Source: Terriglobales bacterium (GTDB lineage: Bacteria; Acidobacteriota; Terriglobia; Terriglobales; SCQP01). From it: 64,000 nucleotides of DNA. Below, in pieces: positions 23,597 through 39,165 of the stretch; within the stretch, counting starts at the first letter, position 1; every line of letters begins with the position of its first letter. Both the position numbers and the translations under genes were made by a program. The notes under the pieces are model-generated. The model saw only the letters and a list, made by a program, of their open reading frames with translations, did not search any database and had not been told where the DNA came from. Location of the stretch: positions 1,421-65,420 of the forward strand of contig JANWJU010000131.1 in the NCBI GenBank assembly GCA_025451775.1. Reading direction: 5' to 3'.

Positions 23597-24913
23597 GTGC
23601 GCCGCACTCATCGAATCCTCGCGTTCACCCTCGTCCTCGCCGGCGCCACCACCGCCGCCCTCGCGGCGCCCCCCACCTACCATATCTACGCCGGCAGCAC
23701 CCACGCCCACACCACCTTGACTTGGTCGCACGGCGCGCAGTACGCCACCGGCACCGGCTGCGCCGGCATCCTGGTTTACGCTGGCACGCCCCTCGGCGCC
23801 CCCCCGGGCCTATGGTCCGCCGGCTACGTCAAGAGCAAAAAGAACTGCCCCACCATCTACGTCATCAATGGATGGCAGTTCCCCAGCCCCAACGTCACCC
23901 TCAAGCCCGATTGGCAGAAGTTCCAGGGCCCGCCTGCCCTCCATTTCGCCGACGCCAAAGCCGCCGGCTACGATTTCTACGCCGTCACCGATCACTCCCA
24001 AGAGGCCGTGTTCAACCCCCAAACCGCGTCCAACCCCAATTGGATGATCACCAAGAAAGCGGCGGCCGCCGCCAGCGATGCCCACTTTGTCGGCCTCGCC
24101 GGCTTCGAGTACTCGGAAAATGATGGCCCCGGTGGCACCGGCCACCTCAACGTCTTCAACTCCGCCAGCATCACCAACGCCCTCCTCCCCGGCCACGATC
24201 TTCCCCATTTCTATCAATGGCTGGAAGCCGCCGCCCCCAACGGCTCGGGCCCCGTGCTGGCCAGCTTTAACCACCCCGGCCCCGAGCAGTACAACAATTG
24301 GGACTACCGCGACCCCAAGATCACCAACATCATCACCATGCTCGAGGTGATCAACTCCAACACAAACATCCATTACCAGGGCTTCATCAACGCCCTGGAT
24401 AAAGGCTGGAAAGTCTCGCCCGTCTCCGGCCTCGACAACCACGGCACCGGCGCCATCACCAAGGACACCTCCCGCACCTTCGTGCTCGCCACCAGCCTCA
24501 CCAAAGCGGCCATCCTGGATGCCATGCAGCACCGCCGCACCTACGCCTCCCTGGATCAGGACATCCAGTGCCGCTACACCGTCAACGGCGCCATCATGGG
24601 CTCGACACTCAATCGCCCCGCGACGCTCAAATTCCTAATCGCGATCAACGATCCCGACTCCACCAACCCCAAAGACAAAATTACCAAGCTCGATATCGTG
24701 ACCAACGGCGGCGTGGTCGTCGCGACTTACACCCCCCCGGTGCCGGCCTACAGCGTGCGCTGGAATCCAACCCTCCACAACTCCACCCGCACATTCTATT
24801 TTGTACGCGTCTGGAACGCCGGCGGCGGCGATGCTCCCGGCGCCGATCCAGCCAAGCCCATCGCCTGGCTGGCGCCGGTGTGGACGGGGGTCGGGGGCCC
24901 GGGCACCCACTAA
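23597..24913 (+). CDS. Secreted PHP-domain metallohydrolase-like protein
   Basis: GTG start with a signal peptide. His-rich PHP motifs (..AGSTHAHT.., ..YAVTDHS.., ..GFEYSEND..GTGHLNVF..). Confidence 0.7.
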   Translation: MRRTHRILAFTLVLAGATTAALAAPPTYHIYAGSTHAHTTLTWSHGAQYATGTGCAGILVYAGTPLGAPPGLWSAGYVKSKKNCPTIYVINGWQFPSPNVTLKPDWQKFQGPPALHFADAKAAGYDFYAVTDHSQEAVFNPQTASNPNWMITKKAAAAASDAHFVGLAGFEYSENDGPGGTGHLNVFNSASITNALLPGHDLPHFYQWLEAAAPNGSGPVLASFNHPGPEQYNNWDYRDPKITNIITMLEVINSNTNIHYQGFINALDKGWKVSPVSGLDNHGTGAITKDTSRTFVLATSLTKAAILDAMQHRRTYASLDQDIQCRYTVNGAIMGSTLNRPATLKFLIAINDPDSTNPKDKITKLDIVTNGGVVVATYTPPVPAYSVRWNPTLHNSTRTFYFVRVWNAGGGDAPGADPAKPIAWLAPVWTGVGGPGTH

Positions 24914-25281
24914 GAGCCGGCGCCGGGAATACAGGCTTCGGCAGCGGCCGCCACCAGCGGCAGCGGCCCGTCGGCGCGCACCAGCAGCGTGACTCCGCGC
25001 GCTTTGAGTTGCAGCCGCAGCTGCGCCTCCGGCTCCTGATGGCAGGCGATGGCCACCGGCAGCAGCGGGCAGACATGGCGCAGCCGGCGCATGAACTCCA
25101 GTTCGTCCATGCCCGTCAACGGCCACGCCATCCACAGCAGATCAAAAGCCAGCAGGCGGCTGAGGCGCAGCGCTTGGTGATTCCGCTGGCAGCACCGCAC
25201 CCGGTGGCCGCGCGCCGTGAGCGCTTGCGCCAGCTCCGCGGCCGAGGCAGCCTCCGCGTCCAGGATCAAAATTCGCGCCAT
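24910..25281 (-). CDS. Stand-alone receiver-like (CheY-fold) protein with a degenerate phosphorylation pocket
   Basis: Start at ATG 25281 (MARILILDAEAAS..). The beta3 region reads ..AFDLLWMAWPLTGMDE.., with Ala where the phospho-accepting Asp is expected. Confidence 0.6.
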   Translation of the reverse strand: MARILILDAEAASAAELAQALTARGHRVRCCQRNHQALRLSRLLAFDLLWMAWPLTGMDELEFMRRLRHVCPLLPVAIACHQEPEAQLRLQLKARGVTLLVRADGPLPLVAAAAEACIPGAGS

Positions 25282-25292
25282 AATGGCCGTTG

Positions 25293-26078
25293 ATGGTTCA
25301 GTTTCTCCCAGACTTGAGCTACGGCACCGCGCCGCGGCAAACCCTTGATGTCTACTTGCCCGACCGGCCCCAACCACGCTTGTTCGTCTTCATCCACGGT
25401 GGCGGCTGGCGTGGCGGCGATAAAGAACAATACCGCGCGCTGGGCGAACTGTTGAGCAATTTTGGCTACGCCGTGGCCCTGCCCAACCATCGCCTCGCGC
25501 CCGATCACCCCTACCCGGCGGCCGCCGCGGACGTCGCGCTGGCGCTGCAATGGGTGCTGCGTTACGCCGCCGAAAGCGGCATCCGCCGCGACGGCATCTT
25601 TCTCGCTGGCCACTCCTCGGGAGCGCATCTGGCGGCCTTGCTCGCCCTCCACCCGCGTTGGTTGCCGGAGGCCGGGATCCAGCGCGCCGCTATTGCCGGG
25701 GTCATCGGCATCAGCGGCATTTATGCGCTCGAGCCCTTCCGTGCCGCCGCACCCGCCGGCCCGGCCGGCCTCGCCGGCGATTACTTGCGGCCCGTTTTCG
25801 GCTCGGACCCGGAAACCTGGGCGGACGCCTCGCCGCTGCACTGGGCACACGGCGAGGCGCCGCCGTTTTTCCTGGCCTACGCCGAGCACGACTACCCCGG
25901 CGCCGCGGCGCAGGCGCAGGCCATGGCCTCGGCGCTGGAGCGCGCCGGCGGCGCTGCCCACCTCCTCGCCGTGCCCGGCCGCGACCACGTCACCATTTTG
26001 TCCGGGGTACGCTCCGTTCTCGACCCCCTCGCGGTGGGCCTGGCGCTGTTTTTGCGTACCGCGGGCACTCGCAGTTAA
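25293..26078 (+). CDS. Alpha/beta hydrolase (esterase/arylformamidase-like)
   Basis: ..FIHGGGWRGGD.. oxyanion motif and the nucleophile elbow GHSSGAH. ATG 25293; the track uses TTG 25290. Confidence 0.85.
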   Translation: MVQFLPDLSYGTAPRQTLDVYLPDRPQPRLFVFIHGGGWRGGDKEQYRALGELLSNFGYAVALPNHRLAPDHPYPAAAADVALALQWVLRYAAESGIRRDGIFLAGHSSGAHLAALLALHPRWLPEAGIQRAAIAGVIGISGIYALEPFRAAAPAGPAGLAGDYLRPVFGSDPETWADASPLHWAHGEAPPFFLAYAEHDYPGAAAQAQAMASALERAGGAAHLLAVPGRDHVTILSGVRSVLDPLAVGLALFLRTAGTRS

Positions 26079-26103
26079 GCATCGGCCACGGGCCCGCGCA
26101 ACT

Positions 26104-29394
<3,291 letters not shown>

Positions 29395-29415
29395 AGGGAA
29401 TCTATCGGAAAAACG

Positions 29416-30504
<1,089 letters not shown>

Positions 30505-30613
30505 CAGCGCCTTTTAGCCCTCCTGCAAGCTGATCCATGTGGCTGTGGTCGGCCTTCGCCTTTTGGATCAATCCATTTTAGCAGAACGGGACAACCGCGC
30601 ATCTAAACTGAAT

Positions 30614-31204
30614 ATGCAGAAATCCAACCACTCTCCCATCCCGCTCACGTCCACCACCGCCCAACATCCCGCCGATCCTCCTACCCGCCATGTCGACGCA
30701 CCCCCGCCGACATCCGCGCTGCCCCGCCGTGAAGAACTGGTCGCCGGCCTGAACCAGGACTTGGCGCGCGAGTACCAGGCGATCATTTCCTACGTGATCT
30801 ACTCCCAGGTTTTGCGCGGCGCCGAATTCATGAACATTGCCGCCGAACTGAAGAAACACGCCGCCGAGGAGCTGCAGCACGCCCTGATTGTGGCCAACCA
30901 GATCGATTACTTGGGCGGCACGCCTGCCACTGAACCGCAACCGGTCCGTACCTCAACCGAGGCACGGGCAATGCTGGAGTTTGATCTCGAGAACGAGACC
31001 GAAACGATCCGCCAGTACCGGGCGCGCGTGCTCCAGTGCGAGGCACTGGGTGAGTACGCCACCGGTGAGCACATCCGCGAGATTCTGGTCCAGGAGCAAG
31101 ACCACCTGATCGCGCTGGCAACGGCTCTGGGGCGGCCGGCGCCCGCCATCGCTCAGGAACCCGCCCCGCCCGCACATCGCTTCCCTAAGCCGGTGGCGGT
31201 GTAA
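30614..31204 (+). CDS. Ferritin-like (bacterioferritin/DPS superfamily) protein with a Pro-rich N-terminal extension
   Basis: ATG 30614. Di-iron-type pattern ..LAREYQAI..AAEELQHA..ENETETI..EQDHL... Confidence 0.75.
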   Translation: MQKSNHSPIPLTSTTAQHPADPPTRHVDAPPPTSALPRREELVAGLNQDLAREYQAIISYVIYSQVLRGAEFMNIAAELKKHAAEELQHALIVANQIDYLGGTPATEPQPVRTSTEARAMLEFDLENETETIRQYRARVLQCEALGEYATGEHIREILVQEQDHLIALATALGRPAPAIAQEPAPPAHRFPKPVAV

Positions 31205-31215
31205 ACGCGAGCTGC

Positions 31216-31244
31216 GGCTCGCCACTTGCGAAAAGTGGCGAGCC
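31216..31244. terminator. Perfect 12-bp hairpin between convergent genes
   Basis: GGCTCGCCACTT-gcgaa-AAGTGGCGAGCC lies between the ferritin-like stop (31204) and the AAA+ stop (31252). No clear U-tract. It shares the GTGGCGAGCCAC core with 7056-7126. Confidence 0.5.
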
Positions 31245-31251
31245 ACTGGGG

Positions 31252-32397
31252 TTATTTGGACTCGGCCGCCATCGGAAAATCGAAGCGCCGCGCCACCCGC
31301 CCCGGCGCCCGCGCAGCAGCTGGGCTCACCGGCAGATTGGGACGGAACATCGGGGTGAGCCCTTCGGCCTCGCGGGTGAACGACATGGTGTTGTGATCGG
31401 CGGCGAGATCAATGCGGATGACGTCCCCCAGCCGTACCTGACCGGTGGCAATGAGCTTGGCCAGTGGAAACACGATGTGGCGTTCAATCGCCCGCTTCAG
31501 GTGCCGCGCTCCGTAGCGCGGATTGTAGCCTTCCCGCGTCAGCCAGGTTTTCGCATCGCGCGTGCAGTTGAATAGAAATGGGTGCCCGCCGGTGGAGGAC
31601 AGAATCCGCTGCTGCACCATCCCCAGCTCGATGTCCAATATGGCATTGATCTCCTCGGGCCGCAGCGTGTGAAACACCACCGTGCGGTCGATCCGGTTCA
31701 TGAACTCCGGGGAGAACTTGTGCCGCGCCGCCGCCACCGCCACCCGGTCGACCTTTGCGTCCAGCCGCTCATCCAGCCGCACCGAGGGATGCACAAACCC
31801 GGTTGCGCCCAGCGTCAGCGTGTCCATCTCCGTGGCCCCCAGGTTGCTGGTCATGAAGATGATGGTCTGGGAAAAATCGACCCGGCGATTGTCCCCCAGC
31901 GTGAGCGTGGCTTTGTCCAAAATCCCCAGCAACAGCTGCCACAAGGCGTCGGAGGCCTTTTCGATCTCGTCAAACAGCAGCAGCGATAACCGCAGCCGAT
32001 CGGTGTGCCACTGCCCCAGCGCTTCCTGCGTCAACAGCGGATGCGTCTCCCGGTGTCCCAAATACCCCGGGGGAGAGCCGATCAGTTTGGCAATCTCGTG
32101 GCTGTGCTGGAACTCGGCGCAATCGATCTTGATGACCGCCCGCGCATCCCCAAACAGCGTCTCCGCCACCGCCTCCACCAGCCGCGTTTTCCCCGATCCA
32201 GTCGGACCCAACAACAGCAGGTTGGCGATCGGCCGCCCCGGCGGATGCAGACCGGCGAGAAACGTTTGGTACAGATCGACGATGCACCCCAACGCCCCAT
32301 CCTGACCAACGATTTTGCGCCGCAATGCCGCCTCGAACTGGCAGACATCGTCGCAACGCAGGGAGGGATCGAGTACTTCCGGGCAGCCCGTCTTCAT
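31252..32397 (-). CDS. Stand-alone Clp/Hsp100 D2-type AAA+ ATPase
   Basis: 381 aa with Walker A GPTGSGKT, Walker B LLLFDEIEKA, SPPGYLGH and a sensor/D2-small region ..PEFMNRIDRTVVFHTL..GARHLKRAIE... There is no N-domain, D1 or M-domain. Confidence 0.88.
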   Translation of the reverse strand: MKTGCPEVLDPSLRCDDVCQFEAALRRKIVGQDGALGCIVDLYQTFLAGLHPPGRPIANLLLLGPTGSGKTRLVEAVAETLFGDARAVIKIDCAEFQHSHEIAKLIGSPPGYLGHRETHPLLTQEALGQWHTDRLRLSLLLFDEIEKASDALWQLLLGILDKATLTLGDNRRVDFSQTIIFMTSNLGATEMDTLTLGATGFVHPSVRLDERLDAKVDRVAVAAARHKFSPEFMNRIDRTVVFHTLRPEEINAILDIELGMVQQRILSSTGGHPFLFNCTRDAKTWLTREGYNPRYGARHLKRAIERHIVFPLAKLIATGQVRLGDVIRIDLAADHNTMSFTREAEGLTPMFRPNLPVSPAAARAPGRVARRFDFPMAAESK

Positions 32398-32485
32398 CGT
32401 CGTGCGCTCTAGTTTTTCAGATGCCAGACTGGGCGACGGCGGCGACTTGGGCGCGATCGCGGCCCGGGCCGCGACCCGAATAGAA

Positions 32486-32962
32486 TCAATCCCCCGCGTC
32501 CCGCTGCGGTGTTTCAGAGTGGAGCGTCTCCCCGCCCGCCTTCCCCGACGCCGGCGGGCGCCGGAGCTTCGCCTCCAACTGCGTCCGCAGCGCCTCCATC
32601 CCCGCCAGCAACTCCTCGACCCGCGCCTCCGCTTCCTCCGGCGCCCGCTCCCGCCATTGCCGCCGCACCGATTCCAAATCCAGCTCCTCCAGGTCCTGCC
32701 GCAGCGTCCTCATCGCCCGCAGCAGCAACAGCGCCCCGTCCGGTTCGGCAAACGGTGACGTAAACGTCTCCGCCGCCCGCGCCCGTACCGCCTCCCAGTC
32801 GATCTGCAACTGCGGATGCGCCTGCCGCACCTGCTCCAAGATCTCGTCGCTCAACCGCGGCCGGTTCCCCAAGCACGCCAAATGCACCTGGCGCACATGC
32901 CCGTTCTCCCGCACGTTATGCACCAAGTAGAACGATTTCCCCTTTTTTCGCACGAACGCCAT
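32486..32962 (-). CDS. Hypothetical protein upstream of the AAA+ gene
   Basis: Start at ATG 32962 (MAFVRKKGKSFYLVHNVRENGHVRQVHLACLG..). The rest is charged and helical. No family recognised. Confidence 0.55.
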   Translation of the reverse strand: MAFVRKKGKSFYLVHNVRENGHVRQVHLACLGNRPRLSDEILEQVRQAHPQLQIDWEAVRARAAETFTSPFAEPDGALLLLRAMRTLRQDLEELDLESVRRQWRERAPEEAEARVEELLAGMEALRTQLEAKLRRPPASGKAGGETLHSETPQRDAGD

Positions 32963-33172
32963 GGTCCGCCCCTCCACTGCCCCGTGGTGGTACATTCCCC
33001 ACCACGTTGTAGGATGGACACCCGCCGGATTAGGGTTGTCCCGGCACCCCGCTCCCATTCCCAGGGCGCACTGCGTTTTCCAGTACTTACCGGTTACCAG
33101 CGCACGCCATTTTCTCCGGGGCTTGCGCCTCACATGCTACGATCAGGTGAGTTCCTCCCCCTTTGGCCTTTT

Positions 33173-34351
33173 ATGATCGGATCACGCTGTTTCCGCCTTT
33201 GGGCGGCGGTTTCCTGCGCCGCCACCTTGTCCTTGACCGGTCTTTTTGCCCAGGCTCCCGGCGCCCGTCACCCCACCCCGCGCAACCTTGAGATCCGCGC
33301 CATCTATTTCACCGGCCTGATGGCCGGCAGCCCCCACGGCCGCCAAATTGCCACTACTTGGCGCGCTGAGGGGGGCAACGCCGTCGTCTTCGACGTCAAA
33401 GATGCCGATGGCCCGGTCAGCTTCAACGCCAACCTCCCGCTCGCCAGCCATCTCAAGCACCCCGACATCAAGGACTTACCCGAATGGGTGACCTGGTTGC
33501 ACCGCAACGGCCTCTACGCCATCGCCCGCATCGCCGTTTTCAAGGATCAGCGCCTCGTGCACGACCACCCCGAACTCGCCGTCCGCTCCCGTTCCACCGG
33601 CGGCGTCTGGCTGGAAAACGGCAAGCCCGCTTGGACCGATCCCTCCCTCCCCGCCGTACAGACCTACAACATCCAGCTCGCCCTAGCCGCCGCCGCCGGC
33701 GGCGTTGACGAGATCCAGTTCGATTACATCCGCTTCCCCGTCGACGGCAACCAGAAAGACGCCCGATTCTCCTATCAGGCTACCCACCCGCAAACGCCTC
33801 GCGCCGACTTCATCAGCAACTTCCTCTACAAAGCCCAGCAGGCGCTCAAACCCTCCGGCGTCCACATCTCCATCGACGTCTATGGGGTCATGGCTTGGGC
33901 GCGCGCGGTCGACCTCAACGCCACCGGTCAGGACGTGGTCAGCCTCGCCTACTACTGCGACGTCATGTGCCCGATGATCTACCCCTCCCACTTCTTCGGC
34001 GATTTCGACGGTTATAAGGATCCGGGCGATGCCCCCGAACACTTCATCCAGGTTGGCATGGAACGCTTCAACGCCATTACCCAGGACACGGGTGTGATCA
34101 TTCGTCCGTGGTTACAGGCCTTCCGCTGGCGCACCTCCACCTTCGGGCCCGACTACGTCAAGATCCAGGTCGCCACCGAGCGCGCCCAGCATGGCGGCGG
34201 CTTCATGCTGTGGAACGCCAACAACGTCTACACCGCCCCCAATGAAGCCATGCCTGCCATGATGGCCGGCGGCTCCAAGTACTTCGCCGGCGGATTCCCC
34301 TACGCCGTCACCGCCCCATCCGTCACCACAGCGGAAAACGCGCGGCCATAA
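33173..34351 (+). CDS. Putative glycoside hydrolase-like protein (DUF4015-like), secreted
   Basis: ATG 33173 with a signal peptide. ..IRAIYFTG.., ..VVFDVKD.DG.., ..IARIAVFKD.. and ..EIQFDYIRFP.. match my recollection of this family. Confidence 0.7.
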   Translation: MIGSRCFRLWAAVSCAATLSLTGLFAQAPGARHPTPRNLEIRAIYFTGLMAGSPHGRQIATTWRAEGGNAVVFDVKDADGPVSFNANLPLASHLKHPDIKDLPEWVTWLHRNGLYAIARIAVFKDQRLVHDHPELAVRSRSTGGVWLENGKPAWTDPSLPAVQTYNIQLALAAAAGGVDEIQFDYIRFPVDGNQKDARFSYQATHPQTPRADFISNFLYKAQQALKPSGVHISIDVYGVMAWARAVDLNATGQDVVSLAYYCDVMCPMIYPSHFFGDFDGYKDPGDAPEHFIQVGMERFNAITQDTGVIIRPWLQAFRWRTSTFGPDYVKIQVATERAQHGGGFMLWNANNVYTAPNEAMPAMMAGGSKYFAGGFPYAVTAPSVTTAENARP

Positions 34352-34364
34352 CGGCCGCGCGTTT
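34336..34364. terminator. Bidirectional intrinsic terminator
   Basis: AAACGCGCGGCC-ataac-GGCCGCGCGTTT is a perfect 12-bp stem whose loop contains the plus-strand TAA stop. On the minus strand it lies 38 nt after the pnp stop and is followed by TTTTCC. Confidence 0.65.
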
Positions 34365-34401
34365 CACTTCACCCTAAATTAGAGCGTCGAGCGGAGGCCG
34401 C

Positions 34402-36642
<2,241 letters not shown>

Positions 36643-36739
36643 AATATCCTTCTCTCTTCTTCTTCTTCAATGGAAATGGTTCATTCGCGCCCGCGCGGCC
36701 GCGGCCGATCGCCAGCGGAGCTGGAGCGGAGGGGCGCGC

Positions 36740-37009
36740 CTACTTGCGCAGGCCCAGCTTCTGGATCAGCACCCGGTACCGCTCCGGATGCTCGCGCTTC
36801 AGGTAATCGAGCAGGCGGCGGCGCTTGCCCACCAGCAGCAACAGGCCGCGGCGGGAGTGGTGATCCTTGGCGTGGGTCTTGAAATGTTCGGTGAGGTAGG
36901 TGATGCGGTCGGTCAGCAGCGCCACCTGGACTTCCGGGGAACCGGTGTCGGAGTTGTGGATGCGGTAGGTGCCGACGATCGTAGTCTTGGCTTCAGGTGT
37001 AGTCGCCAT
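36740..37009 (-). CDS. rpsO: 30S ribosomal protein S15
   Basis: 89 aa: ..[35 protein letters not shown]... A possible extended -10 (TGCTAAAGT) lies on the minus strand at 37057-37065. Confidence 0.97.
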   Translation of the reverse strand: MATTPEAKTTIVGTYRIHNSDTGSPEVQVALLTDRITYLTEHFKTHAKDHHSRRGLLLLVGKRRRLLDYLKREHPERYRVLIQKLGLRK

Positions 37010-37090
37010 CTAGGGGCGGATCTCCTCTGTTCTGTGCGTTTCGATTGGAAGCCATTACTTTAGCACACCCCGCTGGGCGCGGCAGCCATT

Positions 37091-37114
37091 CCCCAGCGCC
37101 CTGCGGCGCTGGGG
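37091..37114 (-). terminator. Perfect 10-bp hairpin downstream of the HtrA-family gene
   Basis: CCCCAGCGCC-ctgc-GGCGCTGGGG lies 67 nt after the stop at 37181. There is no U-tract, so function as a terminator is uncertain. Confidence 0.4.
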
Positions 37115-37180
37115 GCCCGCGGGAGGCCATAAGAGGGCTGGCGGCTCCCGCTGGTCGCCGGACGGGCGTTACCGCAGCCG

Positions 37181-38797
37181 CTACTGGCTGTTGCTGCTTG
37201 AAGCCGCCGGATGCACGACCATATAGACCGCTCCACCGGCGCCGCCACCGGTCACCACGCGCAGCAGTACATCCTGATTGGGCGGAAGCTTTTGCAACTC
37301 CGTGGTCAGCGCTTCGGCGCTGGGCACGGGGACGCGGTTTACCTCGGTAATCACCATGCCCGGCTGCAGGGTGGCGTTGTAGGCGGGCCCACCGGGCGTC
37401 ACGGTGCGAATGAGCGCTCCCTGGATGTTGTCGGGGATCTGGAACTGGCGCCGCGTCGTCGGCGTCAGGTCGTCCGCATCCAGCCCCAGCCGCACGCCGG
37501 CGCCGGGGGCGTTCGCGTGGGAACGGCTGGCGGTCTGGGTCTGATCCTGCGGGGCAAGGCCCAACGTAACCGATAGCGTCATCGGCTTGCCGTCGCGCAT
37601 GATGCCCAGCTTCACCGTGGTGCCCGGCGCCACCGCTCCGGTTGCAAGCTGCAACCCGGTGGGATCGGCGACCGGCTGCCCGTTAAAGCTCGTGATCAGG
37701 TCGCCGTGCTGGAGCCCCCCCTTGGCGCCCGCCTCCCCGGGCGAGACTTGACTCACCAGCGCGCCTGTGGCCGTGGCCGGAAGATTGAAAAAGTGCGCCA
37801 TGTCCGGCGTCAGCGACACGATGGTGATGCCCAAAAATCCGCGCACCACCTTCCCCTTGGCAATCAATGTGGCCGTGATCGGCTTGGCGATCTCGCTGGG
37901 GATGGCGAAGGCTTCCCCGTTGAAGCTGCCCGTCGAGGTATAGATAAAAGCATTGACGCCAATTACCTCGCCTCGCGTGTTCACCAGCGGTCCGCCCGAG
38001 TTGCCGGGGTTGATGGCGGCATCGGTCTGAATGTAATCACCGGGCGCGCGCAGGTCGGTGCGGTCGCCCGCCAACCGGCCTTTGCCGCTCACGATCCCGC
38101 GCGTCATGGTGAACTCGAACTGGAAAGGGTTGCCGAAGGCGAAAACGTTGTCGCCCTGCTTGATCGCCTTCGAGTCGCCCCAGGGCAGATTGGGCAGTCC
38201 GGAGGCGTTGATCTTGATCACCGCCAGATCGGTGAGCGGATCGGTACCCACCACCTTGGCATCGTAAAAGGTGCGCTTGTCGTACAGCCCCACGGTGATG
38301 CTGGTCGCCCCGTCGACCACGTGATTATTGGTCACAATGAAACCGTCGGGGGAGATGATGATGCCGCTCCCCAAGCCCTGCTCATACTCCGGCCGGCGCG
38401 GCATCTGGCCAAATTGGCCAAAAAACTGGGAGAGCGGATTATCGGGCGGAAACGCCCCCTGCCCACCACCACCACCTTGGCCGCCGCCTTGGTCGCCCGA
38501 GTTGTCGCCAGGCATGCCCTCGTCACTACTGGTCGCGTGCGCGGTGACCGTCACCGTCACCACGGCGGGCGCGACATATTGAGCCAGCAGCTCCTGTTCC
38601 TTATCCAGCCCCGTCAAGGCCGCCACTTGGCTGGCCGGAATGGGGCCTTGGTTCGAGGTGGCCGCACCTTGAAAGGCCATCGCCGGGCTGCTGCGCGTGC
38701 GGTAAAACGCCATCGCCCCGGACACGCCCACCACCACCAGGATTACCGCCAGCGCGCGGCCACTTAGATAAAGACCGGAAAATCGAGACGACGGCAT
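37181..38797 (-). CDS. Do/DegP/HtrA-family serine protease with two PDZ domains
   Basis: 538 aa with an N-terminal anchor, catalytic motifs ..TNNHVV.., ..DLAV.. and ..GNSGGPL.., and two PDZ-like C-terminal modules. Confidence 0.93.
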   Translation of the reverse strand: MPSSRFSGLYLSGRALAVILVVVGVSGAMAFYRTRSSPAMAFQGAATSNQGPIPASQVAALTGLDKEQELLAQYVAPAVVTVTVTAHATSSDEGMPGDNSGDQGGGQGGGGGQGAFPPDNPLSQFFGQFGQMPRRPEYEQGLGSGIIISPDGFIVTNNHVVDGATSITVGLYDKRTFYDAKVVGTDPLTDLAVIKINASGLPNLPWGDSKAIKQGDNVFAFGNPFQFEFTMTRGIVSGKGRLAGDRTDLRAPGDYIQTDAAINPGNSGGPLVNTRGEVIGVNAFIYTSTGSFNGEAFAIPSEIAKPITATLIAKGKVVRGFLGITIVSLTPDMAHFFNLPATATGALVSQVSPGEAGAKGGLQHGDLITSFNGQPVADPTGLQLATGAVAPGTTVKLGIMRDGKPMTLSVTLGLAPQDQTQTASRSHANAPGAGVRLGLDADDLTPTTRRQFQIPDNIQGALIRTVTPGGPAYNATLQPGMVITEVNRVPVPSAEALTTELQKLPPNQDVLLRVVTGGGAGGAVYMVVHPAASSSNSQ

Positions 38798-38946
38798 AAC
38801 CTAGCTCCTTAGGGGGCAGACTTGGGACACGTTATATATATTGGACGCATTCTTGCCCCCACGGGTAGGCATTTTCCCCCGCCCCAGAGCAAGCCCGCGC
38901 CCATGCCTGCGCGCGCGAGCAGGGCATAGTGCACCCCGGCGGCGCC

Positions 38947-39156
38947 AGCCAGACACCCGCGCCCCTCTCTCCAGCGCGCCTCCGGCGCACGAGCGGGGCG
39001 CAGGCCCCGCGACGCGCCGGAGGCCAAGCGGGCGGCGTCACCGAAGACACCCGCGCCCCTGTCTCCGGCGCGCCTCCGGCGCACGAGCGGGGCGCAGGGG
39101 CCCCCGCGACGCGCCGGAGGGCAAGCGGGCGGCGTCAGCCGGGTGCCCGCGCTAAA
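38947..39156. repeat. Tandem pair (94-bp period) of a palindromic intergenic repeat, locus A
   Basis: Units are 38951-39044 and 39045-39138. Core hairpins CCGGCGCACGAGCGGGGCGCAGG(GG)CCCCGCGACGCGCCGG lie at 38982-39020 and 39076-39117. The shared tail is ..AAGCGGGCGGCG..AGCCGGGTGCCCGCGCTAAAT. Confidence 0.85.
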
Positions 39157-39165
39157 TAGAATGAA

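Noticed and set aside
36643-36739. GC-rich rpsO-pnp spacer as an RNase III-type autoregulatory hairpin, as in E. coli
   Set aside because: Complementary ends (GCGCCC / GGGCGC) are visible, but I could not define a convincing continuous stem by eye. It is plausible but unsupported without a folding calculation.
38951-39138. 94-bp tandem repeat considered as a CRISPR-like array
   Set aside because: There are only two units, directly abutting with no unique spacers. The units are internally palindromic and recur at another locus with a different period, and no cas genes are present.
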